The translations under genes were made by a program, and so were the position numbers. The notes below the pieces were generated by a model. It worked only from the letters and a program-made list of their open reading frames with translations. It was not told the origin of the DNA and ran no database searches. DNA of 64,000 nt from Sphyrna mokarran (Eukaryota), in contig JAGIQG010000016.1 in assembly GCA_024679065.1 (NCBI GenBank), forward strand, positions 37,882,001 through 37,946,000, in the 5' to 3' direction. The first letter of the stretch is position 1. Every line of letters begins with the position of its first letter. Below, piece after piece: positions 37,755 to 48,840 of the stretch.

Positions 37755-38901
37755 TTCCAGTGCTGCACTGTCAGAGAAACTATCTTCCAAATGAGATGTT
37801 AAAACATCTTGAGTTGATGTTAAAGCTGCCACAGGCATGTTTTTAAAGAAGAATGAATTTTTCTCAGTGACCTGGACAAGATTGATCCCTTATCCAATGT
37901 CACAAAACACAGATTATCCTGCCATTATCACATTCCATAGTTTATGGGAGTTTACGTGTGTGGATTGGCTGTTTGATACATTACAACAGTGACTATATTT
38001 CATAAGACCATAAGACAAAGGAGCAGAATTAGGCTACTTGGCCAATCGAGTCTGCTCCACCATTCAATCATGGCTGATATTTTTCTCATCCTCTTAACCC
38101 TTGATTCCCTTATTAATCAAGAACCTATTTGTCTCTTTCTTAAAGACACTCAATGATTTGGCCTGCACAGCCTTCTCTGGCAAAGAGTTCCATAAATTCA
38201 TCATTCATTCTTCCTCATTCTCTGTCTTAAAAGATTGTACCTTTAACCTGAAGTTGTGCCCTCTGGTTCTAGTTTTTCCTACTAGTGGAAACATCCTCTC
38301 CATGTCGACTCTATCCAGGCCTCACAGTATCCTGTAAGTCCCCCCCTGGACCCATCCTTCTAAACTCCAACGAGTACAGACCCAGAGTCTTTAACTTTTC
38401 CTCATACGACAACCCTTCATTCCAGGGATCATTCTTGTGAACCTTCTCTGAGCCCTTTCCAATGCCAGAAGATCCTTCCTTAGATATGGGGCCCAAAACT
38501 GTTCTCAATACTCCAAATGGAATCTGACCAGAGCCTTATACAGCCTCAGAAGTACATCCCTACTTTATATTCTAGCCTTCTCAACATGAATGTTAACATT
38601 GCATTTGCCTTCCCAGCTGCTGACTGAACCTGCAAGTTAACCTTAGGAGAATCTTGAACAAGGACTCTGAAGTCCCTTGGTATTTCTGATTTCCTAAGCG
38701 TTTTCCCATTATTAAAATAGTCTACGTCTCCATTCTTCCTTCTAAAGTGCATAACCTCATACTTTTCCAATTGTATTCAATCTGCCCCTTCTTTGTCCAC
38801 TCTCCTAACCTGTTCAAAAAGTATTGTGTTGTCTTTAAAGCACTTTAGGATGTGTAAAGTCATAAAACATGCTATATAAATGCAAGTCCTTTCATTTCTT
38901 T
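37755..38901 (+). mobile_element. DeuSINE-like element split by a CR1 insertion (parts ~37755-38001 and ~38814-38901)
   Basis: agtgctgcactgtcagag...acagattatcc..cattatcacatt...acattacaacagtgactatatttc | ttcaaaaagta...aaagcacttt...gctatataaatgcaagtc. Confidence 0.78.
38002..38813 (-). mobile_element. CR1-clade LINE, 5'-truncated, degenerate ORF2 C-terminus plus 3' tail
   Basis: Minus-strand peptides EKYEVMHF...KANAML..LEYK and LSYEEKLKTLGLYSLEFRRM..GDL are typical of CR1 ORF2; tail repeat cataagaccataagac. Confidence 0.9.
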
Positions 38902-39160
38902 CTGCCACTGTTGGAAAATATGAGATGGATAGTGATAGTGCCTCAGAGCAAATCAGACCTAAGCAACATTGCAATGTTATCAAGCAAGGCATTAAGTGAG
39001 ATCATGGTTTAGGGTGGAGGAGGGAGTACAGGAAGACTTTGAGAATAACAAAGACATAGGAATGAGACATGCTCTAGTTGGGTTAAAGACGAACTTATTC
39101 ACAGCCATGGCACAAGTCAAAATGTTATGTTGTCCCTGATGCTATTGTGAAGGATATCAG

Positions 39161-39463
39161 TTAAGTTTATTTATTAGTGTCACAAGTAGGCTTACGTTAA
39201 CACCACAAAGAAGTTACTGTGAAAATCCTCTAGTCACCACACTCTGATGCCTATTCGGGTACACTGAGGAAGAATTTAGCGTGGCCAATGTACCTAGCAT
39301 GCCTTTCAGACTATGGGAAGAAACCAGAGTACCTAGAGAAAACCCACACAGACATGGGGAGAACATGCAAACTCCGCATAGGCAATGACCCATACCGGGA
39401 ATTAAACCTGGGTCCTTGGCGTGTGAGGTAGTAGTACTAACAATTGTGCTACCATGCCGTCCC
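39161..39463 (-). mobile_element. V-SINE, tail type 1
   Basis: aagtttatttattagtgtcacaagtaggcttac...gaagttactgtgaaaatcc...aaaccagagtacc...tgtgctaccatgccgtccc. Confidence 0.9.
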
Positions 39464-39469
39464 ATAAGA

Positions 39470-39870
39470 GACAGGGAAAACCTTTAGAGTGGGTAGAAAA
39501 GTTTTCAGAGTAAACAAGGAAAACATATTTCCTGTGATTGTGGAATCAGTGATGGGAGATAAGGGGTGGGGATAGGCATCAAATTAAAATGATTATTAAC
39601 AGCATGAGAAGAGAGGTTGGGAGCAGTTTCTTTACATCGAGAGTTATTGGAGCATTGACTGCTTTCCCTCAGGGAGTGGTTGAAGCAGAAACCATTGTCT
39701 TTTTAAGCAAAGATTGGAAACACACTTAAATCTGAGAAAGATACAAGGCAAGGGAGAAAGCGTATGACAGCGGGATTTGTTTTGAAGTGCTCTCAGCAAA
39801 ATGCCAGCAGAGAAGGACGATGGGCTGAATGGCTCTTCTGCAAAAAGTTGCAAATTTCTATGGTTCTATG
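39470..39870 (+). mobile_element. CR1-type LINE 3' fragment (old)
   Basis: gtttctttacatcgagagtta...gtggttgaagcaga...gatgggctgaatggctcttctg...ttctatggttctatg. Confidence 0.65.
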
Positions 39871-41214
39871 ACATGTCTTGTAGTAATGCCTTTTCGACTT
39901 CCCACACTTGTCAGTTTATTTGATTCTAATGGCAGCGCAGTGGAGAATAATTAAAGGAAAAGCAGTTTTGGGGGTGGGATATCACAAAAAATGTCAGACT
40001 GGGGAAAAAAACCAATTACTGCAAAGACACTTTCTCCAGTGACTCAAACAATGGTCAGTGTATAAGAACTTTACTTGATCTGACCAGATCCTAGATCTCG
40101 TGATGCAAATATTTTATGCTGGTAAGGTGCCTGCTGTGAATTGAATCTTCTTGAAATTGTGGGATTTTGCTCTGGGGGAACCTGGTTCTAATTGTTGTAC
40201 AGTGCTAATAAGTCTGGTGTTTGCGTGTAGTGCAACCTCACTCTGCCCCACAAAAATTATGTGTCACAAACTGTGGCGCTCAGTGAATTGGGTCTCCAAC
40301 CTCCCACATGGCTCCAGGCTGCTGGAGGAGTCTCACAAGATCAGTCTTTTGCTTCATGGTTTCCCAAATGTGAATATAAAAATAGAGACTTTGTTTGAAA
40401 ATGAGGATGTGAGGCCCTGCTCCTCTCTGAACACTTACACTTTCAGTTTGGTATTGATTTAAGTGGAATCCTCGCTAGCCAGAAAAGAAAATCAAATGTT
40501 ACATGTTTTCAAAAATACCAAATGTAGCTATAATTATAGTTTCTTAAAATAAACGACATGTGGTGAATAATTAGAAATGAGTCATTGTATGGGACTTTTT
40601 GTAAAATGAATTAGAACCAGCTTCAATACAACATATCTTATATTAGGCTGATGTTGACATTCAGAACCTTTTGGATTTTCTATTTCAGACAATCATTTTG
40701 TGAAATAAAGTACAGACTTACAGCAATTGAAAGTACAACATTCTAAATAAATGACAGTGAAACTTCCCTAACTTTCAATGCCTGCTCCACTTAACATACA
40801 AACACGAAGTATCCAACATATATGGCATTTTTAACTAAAACTATTCACAGGGAATATTGGATTTAACATTGCTTTCAGACTTCCACTTGGGCAGCAGAAC
40901 ACATCTGTTACTGTTGCAGCGTCACTTTTGTAATTCAAATCCTCGGTGTGTCAAATCTGTCTTTTTCTAAATGCTTTTGCTTTCAAATTGAGCTCTTCGA
41001 TGATTAGAATGCAAAAACTGAACCTGTTTATGTTCCCAAATTAATTTTTCCTTTAGATATAGCAGGCAAAGAAATTTCACACAAGCTAAATGTTTGGAAC
41101 TAATATTTGATAAACCCAATTAACTGAACAATCCTGGGCCCACAATTATAATTTCAATATTTTTTATTACTCATATATTAGTCTTCATATATTTGTACCA
41201 TTGTAAAGTAAAGC

Positions 41215-41514
41215 AAAGTTTATTTATTAGTGTCACAAGTAGGTTTACATTAATACTGCAATGAAGTTACTGTTAAAAATTCCCTCGTCGCCACACTCCG
41301 ACGTCTGTTCGGGTACACTAAGGGAGAATTTAGTATGGCCAGTGCACCTAACCTGCACATCTTTTCTCTGGAAGAAACCAGAGCACCAGGAGGAAACCCA
41401 CACAGACATGGAGAGAACGTGTAAACTCCACACAGACAGTGACCCAAGCCAGGAATTGAACCCAGGTCAATGGCTCTGTGAGACAGTGCCAACACTGTGC
41501 CACCATGCCATCCC
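41215..41514 (-). mobile_element. V-SINE, tail type 1
   Basis: aaagtttatttattagtgtcacaagtagg...gtcgccacactccgacgtctgttcgggtacact...gagcaccaggaggaaacccacacagacatgg...ctgtgccaccatgcc. Confidence 0.92.
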
Positions 41515-42343
41515 CATTGGTTACAATCCAGATCTCATGTACACAGCAACAATCCCAAGGTTTCTTGAATCCAACTATCAGAGATTCTTAATAGGAAAGA
41601 AAATATCTTCTTTGTTCCATTATATTTCAATGAGGCCCCTTGAGAAAGTAAACTAATTGCATCATCCTCCTGCACTCACTTTTGTAATATGCAACCAGTT
41701 TCTGACAAACCTATTGCATCGTTGGAGTACAAGCTAAAGCAGTCACTATATTTTAAGCAGTGCATATCTGTGGCATGGCTATATCATTTTGTTGCACCAA
41801 TGTTGCTACAAAGAATACTGGCATGTCTGATGATAACATAATGTTGCATCATGGGCATCACCACCTATGTGGTCTACTGCTGGGCCAACAGCGACTCATT
41901 AAAACAATAGGTTTATTTTGATGTGGTGAGCAGACTTGTAAAAGTCACACACCTGTGTTGGAAAGCCAACTGTAAATTTTATGATGCAAATTAAAATATT
42001 GGATTTATGGATACAGAATAAAAGGCAACTGCCACTTTGAATTGGCTTTATTTCAAATTACTGTTTTCAAAACCTCCTTGTTTAATGGGAAGTGGTTTCT
42101 TTGCACATTATATATGTTCTGTTGAGCCATTTGCTTCATTACGTGGTATGAAATATTCAAATAATGTATATCTTGGTGGAAAAATTCAGCTGATTTTGCA
42201 TTGGTAGATTCAATGAATAATGTTAGATCTTGTAAGAATGCACGCAGAGGCATTGACTCTCATGTTTGACATTGAATAATACTAATTATAAATAATCTTA
42301 TCATTCTTTTTGATTATTAATGGTGCTCAAACATTTCTTTCAG

Positions 42344-42399
42344 ATGGACAACAGATATGGGAGGTAGAGGCAACAGTGGATAAAGATAAAAGCCAGCCT
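42344..42399 (+). CDS. NFATC2: NFATC2 56-nt coding exon (approx. exon 7), IPT domain; not in ORF track
   Basis: ttctttcag|AT GGA ... CAG CCT|gtaagt. (D)GQQIWEVEATVDKDKSQP closely matches recalled human NFATC2 DGQQIWEMEATVDKDKSQP. Phases fit both neighbours. Confidence 0.97.
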
Positions 42400-45219
42400 G
42401 TAAGTATAAGGCTGAAAAGGATGTTCTATCTCGAGTAAGAATTTGTTGAGGAAAGGATTTTTCATAATGCTTTAAAATTTAAATAAATATTATTAACCCT
42501 TGAAAATCCTATAAATGTTGCAGCAACTAAAGAAAATTTGCTGATATGTTGTTTTATATTTTAAATAAAGATAATTCTACTGAACTGCCAATAATTAAAA
42601 CAACATTTGTCAGGAATAAAGCAGGTTCAGAATTGAGCATCCTTATACATCTGAGGTAACTTGATTTCAGCCAGATTAAAACAAGTGTTCTTCTACAGTT
42701 AAATAAGTTTTTCACTAATGTAGAATATTCATCCTTTTGAGGACTTGTGTATAATTGTCACGATTTTGTTACCATTATAAATCATCTATGCGCAAAGCTT
42801 CCATTTTTAAGTAGTTCTACTTCTGCATAACTTCCTACAATCCCCGTCACCATCTTCATGCTGTCAGACAGCTTGCCTCACATCTATGTGGAATTTAATG
42901 CCCTCTTTCGAATGCATATAGTTGCCAATGACGATGAATGGGGATTCCACCACTTTCTTGTTTCCACCCGACTATGTTCATAAAGGGGTGGCCTGTGGTT
43001 GGCCTTCCTGCCTCACCACCAATTGAGGCAGGCCCTTCAGTAGGTAATTAATGCCCAGCTAAAGGTCTCACCCTTCCACTGTTGGTATTAACTCAATGGC
43101 AGACAGGGGTCTCACCAGGTGGGGAGCACAAGCAAATCCATGCAAGGTTGCTTATGGGCAACCAGAGGGTTTCCTTGTTTGAAGGCACTCAGTGCCAGGT
43201 TGAGGAACTCAACACTAGGAGGTGAGGAATCCTGAGTGTGGTTCCTGCCTTCCCACACTCCAACACCACCTTCCTCCTCCCCTCTCCAATTCTTCCCGTG
43301 CTGCTGTCCCATTAAATGCCTGAGTGGCACTTATTGCAGTAGACCTTTTTGTAAAGAAGGCAAGGCAAGGCCGTCACTGACTAGTCAATAGGTTAGATCC
43401 CTTGTCTCCTCCATCAAATACTGTCCCTAGTTTTGGATGGGTCAAAATTTCTTCCACCTAAATATTAGAGTGATCATTCCCTTACCCACTTAGACACAAC
43501 TAATGTTTACACTAACCTGTTTGGCCTAGATTTTAACTTCAAACCTCTCATCCTACCTATGCAATACCTGTTCCCGTCTCAGCACCACTCTTGTTCAAAC
43601 CCTTAGCTACATCATTGATGGATTTCTTGGTTTGATTTATCCAATAATCCTCCTATTGGCCAATGCCTCCATAAATTTCAAGTTGTTCAAAATTCAGTAC
43701 CTATATCTTGGTCCTGCTCCAAGTCTTTCACACCCATTACTCTTGTCCTCAATGATCTATCCTAGTTCTCTGTCTGCAAATACAAGTTTAAACCCTAAGC
43801 ATTGCTTAATGGAAGCAGGTGGGTTGGGACACGCGATGTTAATGATTTTTATGTCAGCAATTTATTTATTTCTCTGAAAGCTGGACAGGCAACAGAAACC
43901 GGGCCAGATGTATTCACATAGTTTTATGCAAATTCCATTTTGACATAGCTTTTAAGGTCAACATTTCAGATTTCTATGAAATTATATTGATCAAATAACT
44001 CTACTAATGATAGTTGATTATATTGTAGTTTTTTTTTAATCAATTAAGGCACAAATTGGTAAAATATGCCAGAATTCTACTGGCACGCCCACCCTGAAAC
44101 CAGGGCAGGTGAGGTTAGCAGAGCGGCATTCTCCGTTGGCCTCTGATAAGATCTTACGAGTATCATCAAGTTTATGTATTTAAAGAGAGGTATCAGTATG
44201 ATAAAGCATAAAGGTATTCCGGTGTGGAGTATAATTAGTTTTATTGAAGCTTATTAGTGCATTAATAGAGTTTTCCTTTCCAGGTACGCATGAGAAAAAA
44301 TGTGAATCTAATTTAATCTATCCACATAATGTTCACTGACTTTCTCAAATTCTGCAGCATTTTCAATTTTATGGATATTTTTAAAGCATCACATTACTTT
44401 TCTCAATCTTTATAGACCTTTGCACTGTGCAGCATTTAGTGTTTATTACTTCTTGGGAGGGCAGATTTATAACCTGCACCCAGACCACTGTCAATGACCT
44501 TCCATTATTGAAGTGAATGATTATAGTGCTCAGATTTTTCAGTCCCCAAATCAAAAATATACTATTTCCAGTGCACTCACATTGAATGAGTCATGATTTG
44601 AAATTTACAATATTGGGTATTCCTGAGGATATAATGGCATTGACCATTCCAGGGTGCTCAGTTTCTATGTTCTCTTTTTTTACACAAATAGAATGGTCCA
44701 CCAGACACTGACTACTCAGTCACGACTCTAATATTCTTTGTGATGTTTTGCTTACTATGCAAAGTGTGGAACAAATGATATGCAAACTGATCTAACTCTG
44801 TAAAAGTTGCACTAATTTACTGATAAGAAAAGATTAAGAGCTATGATACTTCAGTGAGGATCTTGAGTTTGTAGAGTTGTCTGCTGCTAGCAAATGGACC
44901 CAAATTGGAAAGTTGCATAGCAAATGCATTGCTGTTACACCATTACCATCCCACAGCTAAGCTCTCAGCTAAATTTGAATATGGAGCACCATAATGATTG
45001 CAAAACATTAGGCAATAAAACATAATAATATCCATAGAATGAGCATTTTGGATGGGTAGTACAACCATAATTTTATTTTTAAAGGGAAGGAATCTGGTTA
45101 CTGGAATAATACAAACAAATCTGTTTGTTGCACTTTGTAGAGTTTTTGTAAAAATGGCAAAAGAATGAACAGGGTTTCATTTCATTTGCATTTTTATCTT
45201 CTTTTTATTCTCTATTTAG

Positions 45220-45349
45220 AACATTCTCTTTGTTGAAATTCCTCGCTATCGGAACCAACATATCCACACAGCAGCCAAGGTGAACTTCTGTGTTGTCAAT
45301 GGGAAAAGGAAAAGGAGCCAACCACAGAAATTTGTGTATTTGCCTGCAG
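45220..45349 (+). CDS. NFATC2: NFATC2 coding exon (approx. exon 8), IPT domain end with KRKR nuclear localisation signal; not in ORF track
   Basis: Long polypyrimidine tract, atttag|AAC ATT ... GCA G|gtaatt. 130 nt; NILFVEIPRYRNQHIHTAAKVNFCVVNGKRKRSQPQKFVYLPA. Confidence 0.97.
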
Positions 45350-47233
45350 GTAATTGATAAAAAGAAGTATCATGGATTCCCTAGTCCTAAACGTTTGACG
45401 TAGTTGAATTCAGAGAGTTGCTTGGGTTTAGCCAAGGTCAAGTTGGTGTTTGAATGAAACATACTGCCCACCTGACTTACACTGGGACAAGGAATTGAAT
45501 GAGAAAAAAACCCAGCTGCAGTCAGACCCATGTCTCCAGGCTAACTCAATGCAAATGTTGCCAGGTTTTCTTTCAGCTATCCTTAAAGCTAATGGAAGAA
45601 GCCAAGCCACATTCAAACAAATGCATATTGTGCACATTTTCTTAGTTATGAGCATGATTGATGGTTAGTTTGTGCATGTAGCTAAAAGTTAAAATCCAGA
45701 AAGCCCCAGCAACTTCTTTCAAGGGTATTTAATGAACTGAAGTTGTTGAACAATTTTAGTTAATTTGATTTGGGCTAGTTGAAACCTTCAAAGAAATAGG
45801 CTAGGTTAAATTTAGCTTCCACTATTTGAATTGCTACATAAGAAAAGGGCCACCACATCCATAAAGCCTGACTACAAACAGTACATAATGAGGCTGTTGA
45901 TTTTTTTAAGAAGCTGAGATCCATATTTATTACAAATTTGTATAATATTAATATCTACACATTTGCTTGCACATCTATTAATCAATAAGACCTCCTGTTA
46001 AAGTCTGAAACAAGTTCAAATATTGAGATACACTGCTGCATTTAGAAGATATGGCGATTATCCTGTGAAGCACAGGAAGGGTTCAGTTCCGAAAGCACTT
46101 TTCTGTTTCCTATCCAGCCTTGATAGCAGAAACATTCTGAATTATCAGGGCCAGTGAAAGTACATGAACAACTTACTACATTAACAAAGCAGTTCAGCTT
46201 CATTTTACAAGAGTGATGTAAAATACAGAAGCTGGACTGCTTTTGTAAAAAGGGCAAGAGCACCTTAAAATATTTCTAAAAGGTTAGCTAAACTGGCAAT
46301 AACTTTCCAGCACCTCATTGAATGGAATGCAATAGGATAGTCTGAATCTAAAAATGTAATGCCGTTCATTATTCTGCTTGTATCATGAATTTGAAGATGT
46401 GCTTGCTTTAAAGCAAATATTTTTCATTGATATTGAAAAAGAATAGTCTAAACATTGAAGCTCTTCACTTCATATGGGTATCATATAACAAACGTCATCT
46501 GATGTGAACCCTTTGAGCAATGTTCTAAGTGAAACATTTGGGGCTGGAAATGTGATGGTGCCACAGCTGTTTTCTTGATACTAAACTGATACATCCAACT
46601 TGACAAGAAGGAACCACAGGCTGGTTATAACCCAGAAGTTTCCACATGTTGGTTTGGAAATCTCCAAGGCCTGTGGCTCAAAATGTCTTTTGGTCACTTG
46701 CATAAGCAGATGTGAAGCCACGCGCCTGCTTAAGGTCCTCTGTGCATAACCGGGCTGCCTGTAACACGGGCGGTGCCAGGCCAGTCACACTCAGGGAAAC
46801 CAGGTCAAAATGCCTCTGAACTTTTGAGGAACGACAAACATAAAGATAGGAGTAAAAAATGTGTGCCTAAATATGGAGTTGGATGGTGAAGGAGTATTGA
46901 GTCTTGGTTTCACATTCAAACCACTGGCTTCTACCAGTCACTGTTCAATTTGATTGTTGGTCTCCTCTGCCCCCTCTTCACCCTCACCAACTACCCCCCC
47001 CTCCTCCCCACAAACCCCACTCCCCTCACTACATGCACCTTGCTGGTTGTCTTTCTTCCTCTTTAAATATTTACTTCATATACACAGCATAGCAAATTTA
47101 TTGGCCTTGGGCTTTTAAAAGGCCAAGTACTAAATAGCTTAACTAATTTGTATTGTGACTACATAGTGTTCAGTAGTTGTAAATATTTAACATGAGCTGA
47201 GAATAAATGTACTTTCTATGTTATTTATTTCAG

Positions 47234-48088
47234 TACCTATTATTAAAACAGAACCTACTGATGAGTGTCAAGATGCCATTTACTGCGCCACTGGACATTA
47301 TAGAACCATGTCTCAGTTCTATTCTTCACAGCAGGCCATGACTCCAGTAATGGTCACTAACCCCACTTCCTGCCTTGGGGGAAACATGACTTCCTGTCGG
47401 TCTGGATTTTCTCCACATGATTCTAAATACCAGCAGCAGAATCCAACAGGGGTTGTCTACCAGAGATCCAAAAATGGCAGCCCTAATCATCTTGGCTATC
47501 AACCATCCGCAGTTATGGGGCCATCGATTCCCATAATTCAAGATGGCCATAAATCAGTGCTGGTGCATGCTGGGTCACCTGCCCAGCCTTCTATGACGCA
47601 CCACTCTCCAACCAATCAGTCCTCCACCATAATCCATCATTCCCATAACAACCACGAGTCTTCCTCCATGATTCACAATTCTCCAACCAATCATCAGTCA
47701 TCTCTGATCCAACACTCCCCAACCCATCAGCAGTTATCTTCTCTGATTCACCATTCACCAACCAGCCAGCAGCTGAGATACAGCAGCCACCAGGATTACC
47801 AGCGCCAGGTATATTCAGAGAATGATGCCCATGTGCCTATTGTGCGGTCCACTACACCACAAGCAGTACACCACGTGCAAAAAAGTAGTCCAAATCAGTA
47901 TGCAGCCGTGATCCAGCAGCAGCAGCAGCAGCAAAATTCCAATGCAATCCGGAAGGTTTCCAAAAATGACACTTCACCAACTCAGCTTACATCATTGATA
48001 CTGGATCAGCAAGAGAAGGAACATCCAGTTACCGGAGTCACAGTGAAGCAGGAACCACAGAATCTGGACCAGGCGTACCTGGATGATG
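47234..48088 (+). CDS. NFATC2: NFATC2 large coding exon (approx. exon 9), C-terminal domain
   Basis: atttcag|TA CCT ... GAT GAT G|gtaaga. 855 nt; (V)PIIKTEPTDE...KYQQQNPTGVVYQRSK...HKSVLVHAGS...VTVKQEPQNLDQAYLDD. Contains SUMO-consensus motifs IKTE and VKQE and the NFAT C-terminal LDQxYLDD motif. Confidence 0.96.
47593..47778 (+). repeat. Coding tandem repeat, 5 units of 36/39 nt (HxSPT-type motif)
   Basis: MTHHSPTNQSST / IIHHSHNNHESSS / MIHNSPTNHQSS / LIQHSPTHQQLSS / LIHHSPTSQQLR. Confidence 0.9.
47914..47934 (+). repeat. Coding (CAG)6CAA, polyQ7
   Basis: cagcagcagcagcagcagcaa in frame. Confidence 0.95.
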
Positions 48089-48614
48089 GTAAGAAAAGAA
48101 TTCTTGTCATAAAGTAATTGATGTAGCTGAAGTACAAGAACTTTTACAAAATGTAATTCAGATTTTTTTAAAAAAAAGCTAAAATGTTGAGTATCACAAA
48201 TCTTCTTTTGAAACAAAATCTCATGCAGGTATCTCTTGTCATTTTGAACTCCTAGCCCCTGTCGGACTATCTCCCCCTGTACTGGCTTTTGTTCGCTTAC
48301 AGCATCAACTTCTTCCAGCTCCAGAATGAAAGGATTAAATGCAATATAGAAATCTCTCTATCTAAATTTATAACTGAGATCTTAACTTCTGAGAAATGTC
48401 TCTTCCACACTGTTTAGTCACTTTTTTTTATTTCCTGCACTACATAATATAATTACCCTTTTAATTGATATTATCTTAATAGCAATAGGTAAGAGCAATC
48501 TATTTCATTCGTATTCACTCAGACAGCAATGGAACATTCATTTTGTTTGGAATTAGTACTCATCAGAAAAAAGTTTTATCTATCTCAGTTAGATTCAAAG
48601 ACATGATTGTTTGG

Positions 48615-48840
48615 CCATGATGTGGAGATGCTGGTGTTGGACTGGAATAGGCACAGTAAAAAGTCTCACAACACCAGCTTCAAGTCCGACAGGTTTATTT
48701 GAAATCACAAGCTTTTGGAGCTCTGCTCCTTCATCGGACGAGCCATCGAATCTTCACTTGATGAAGGAGCAGCCCTCCGAAAACTCATGATTCCAAATAA
48801 ACCTGTTGGACTTTAACCTGGTGTTGTGAGACTGTTTGCT
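48615..48840 (-). mobile_element. Penelope-like element remnant with inverted arms and decayed hammerhead motifs
   Basis: 12-bp TSD atgattgtttgg (48603-48614 and 48841-48852). Arms agtctcacaacaccag...ctccttcatc and gatgaaggag...ctggtgttgtgagact are inverted; begins catgatgtggagatgctgg. Confidence 0.82.
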
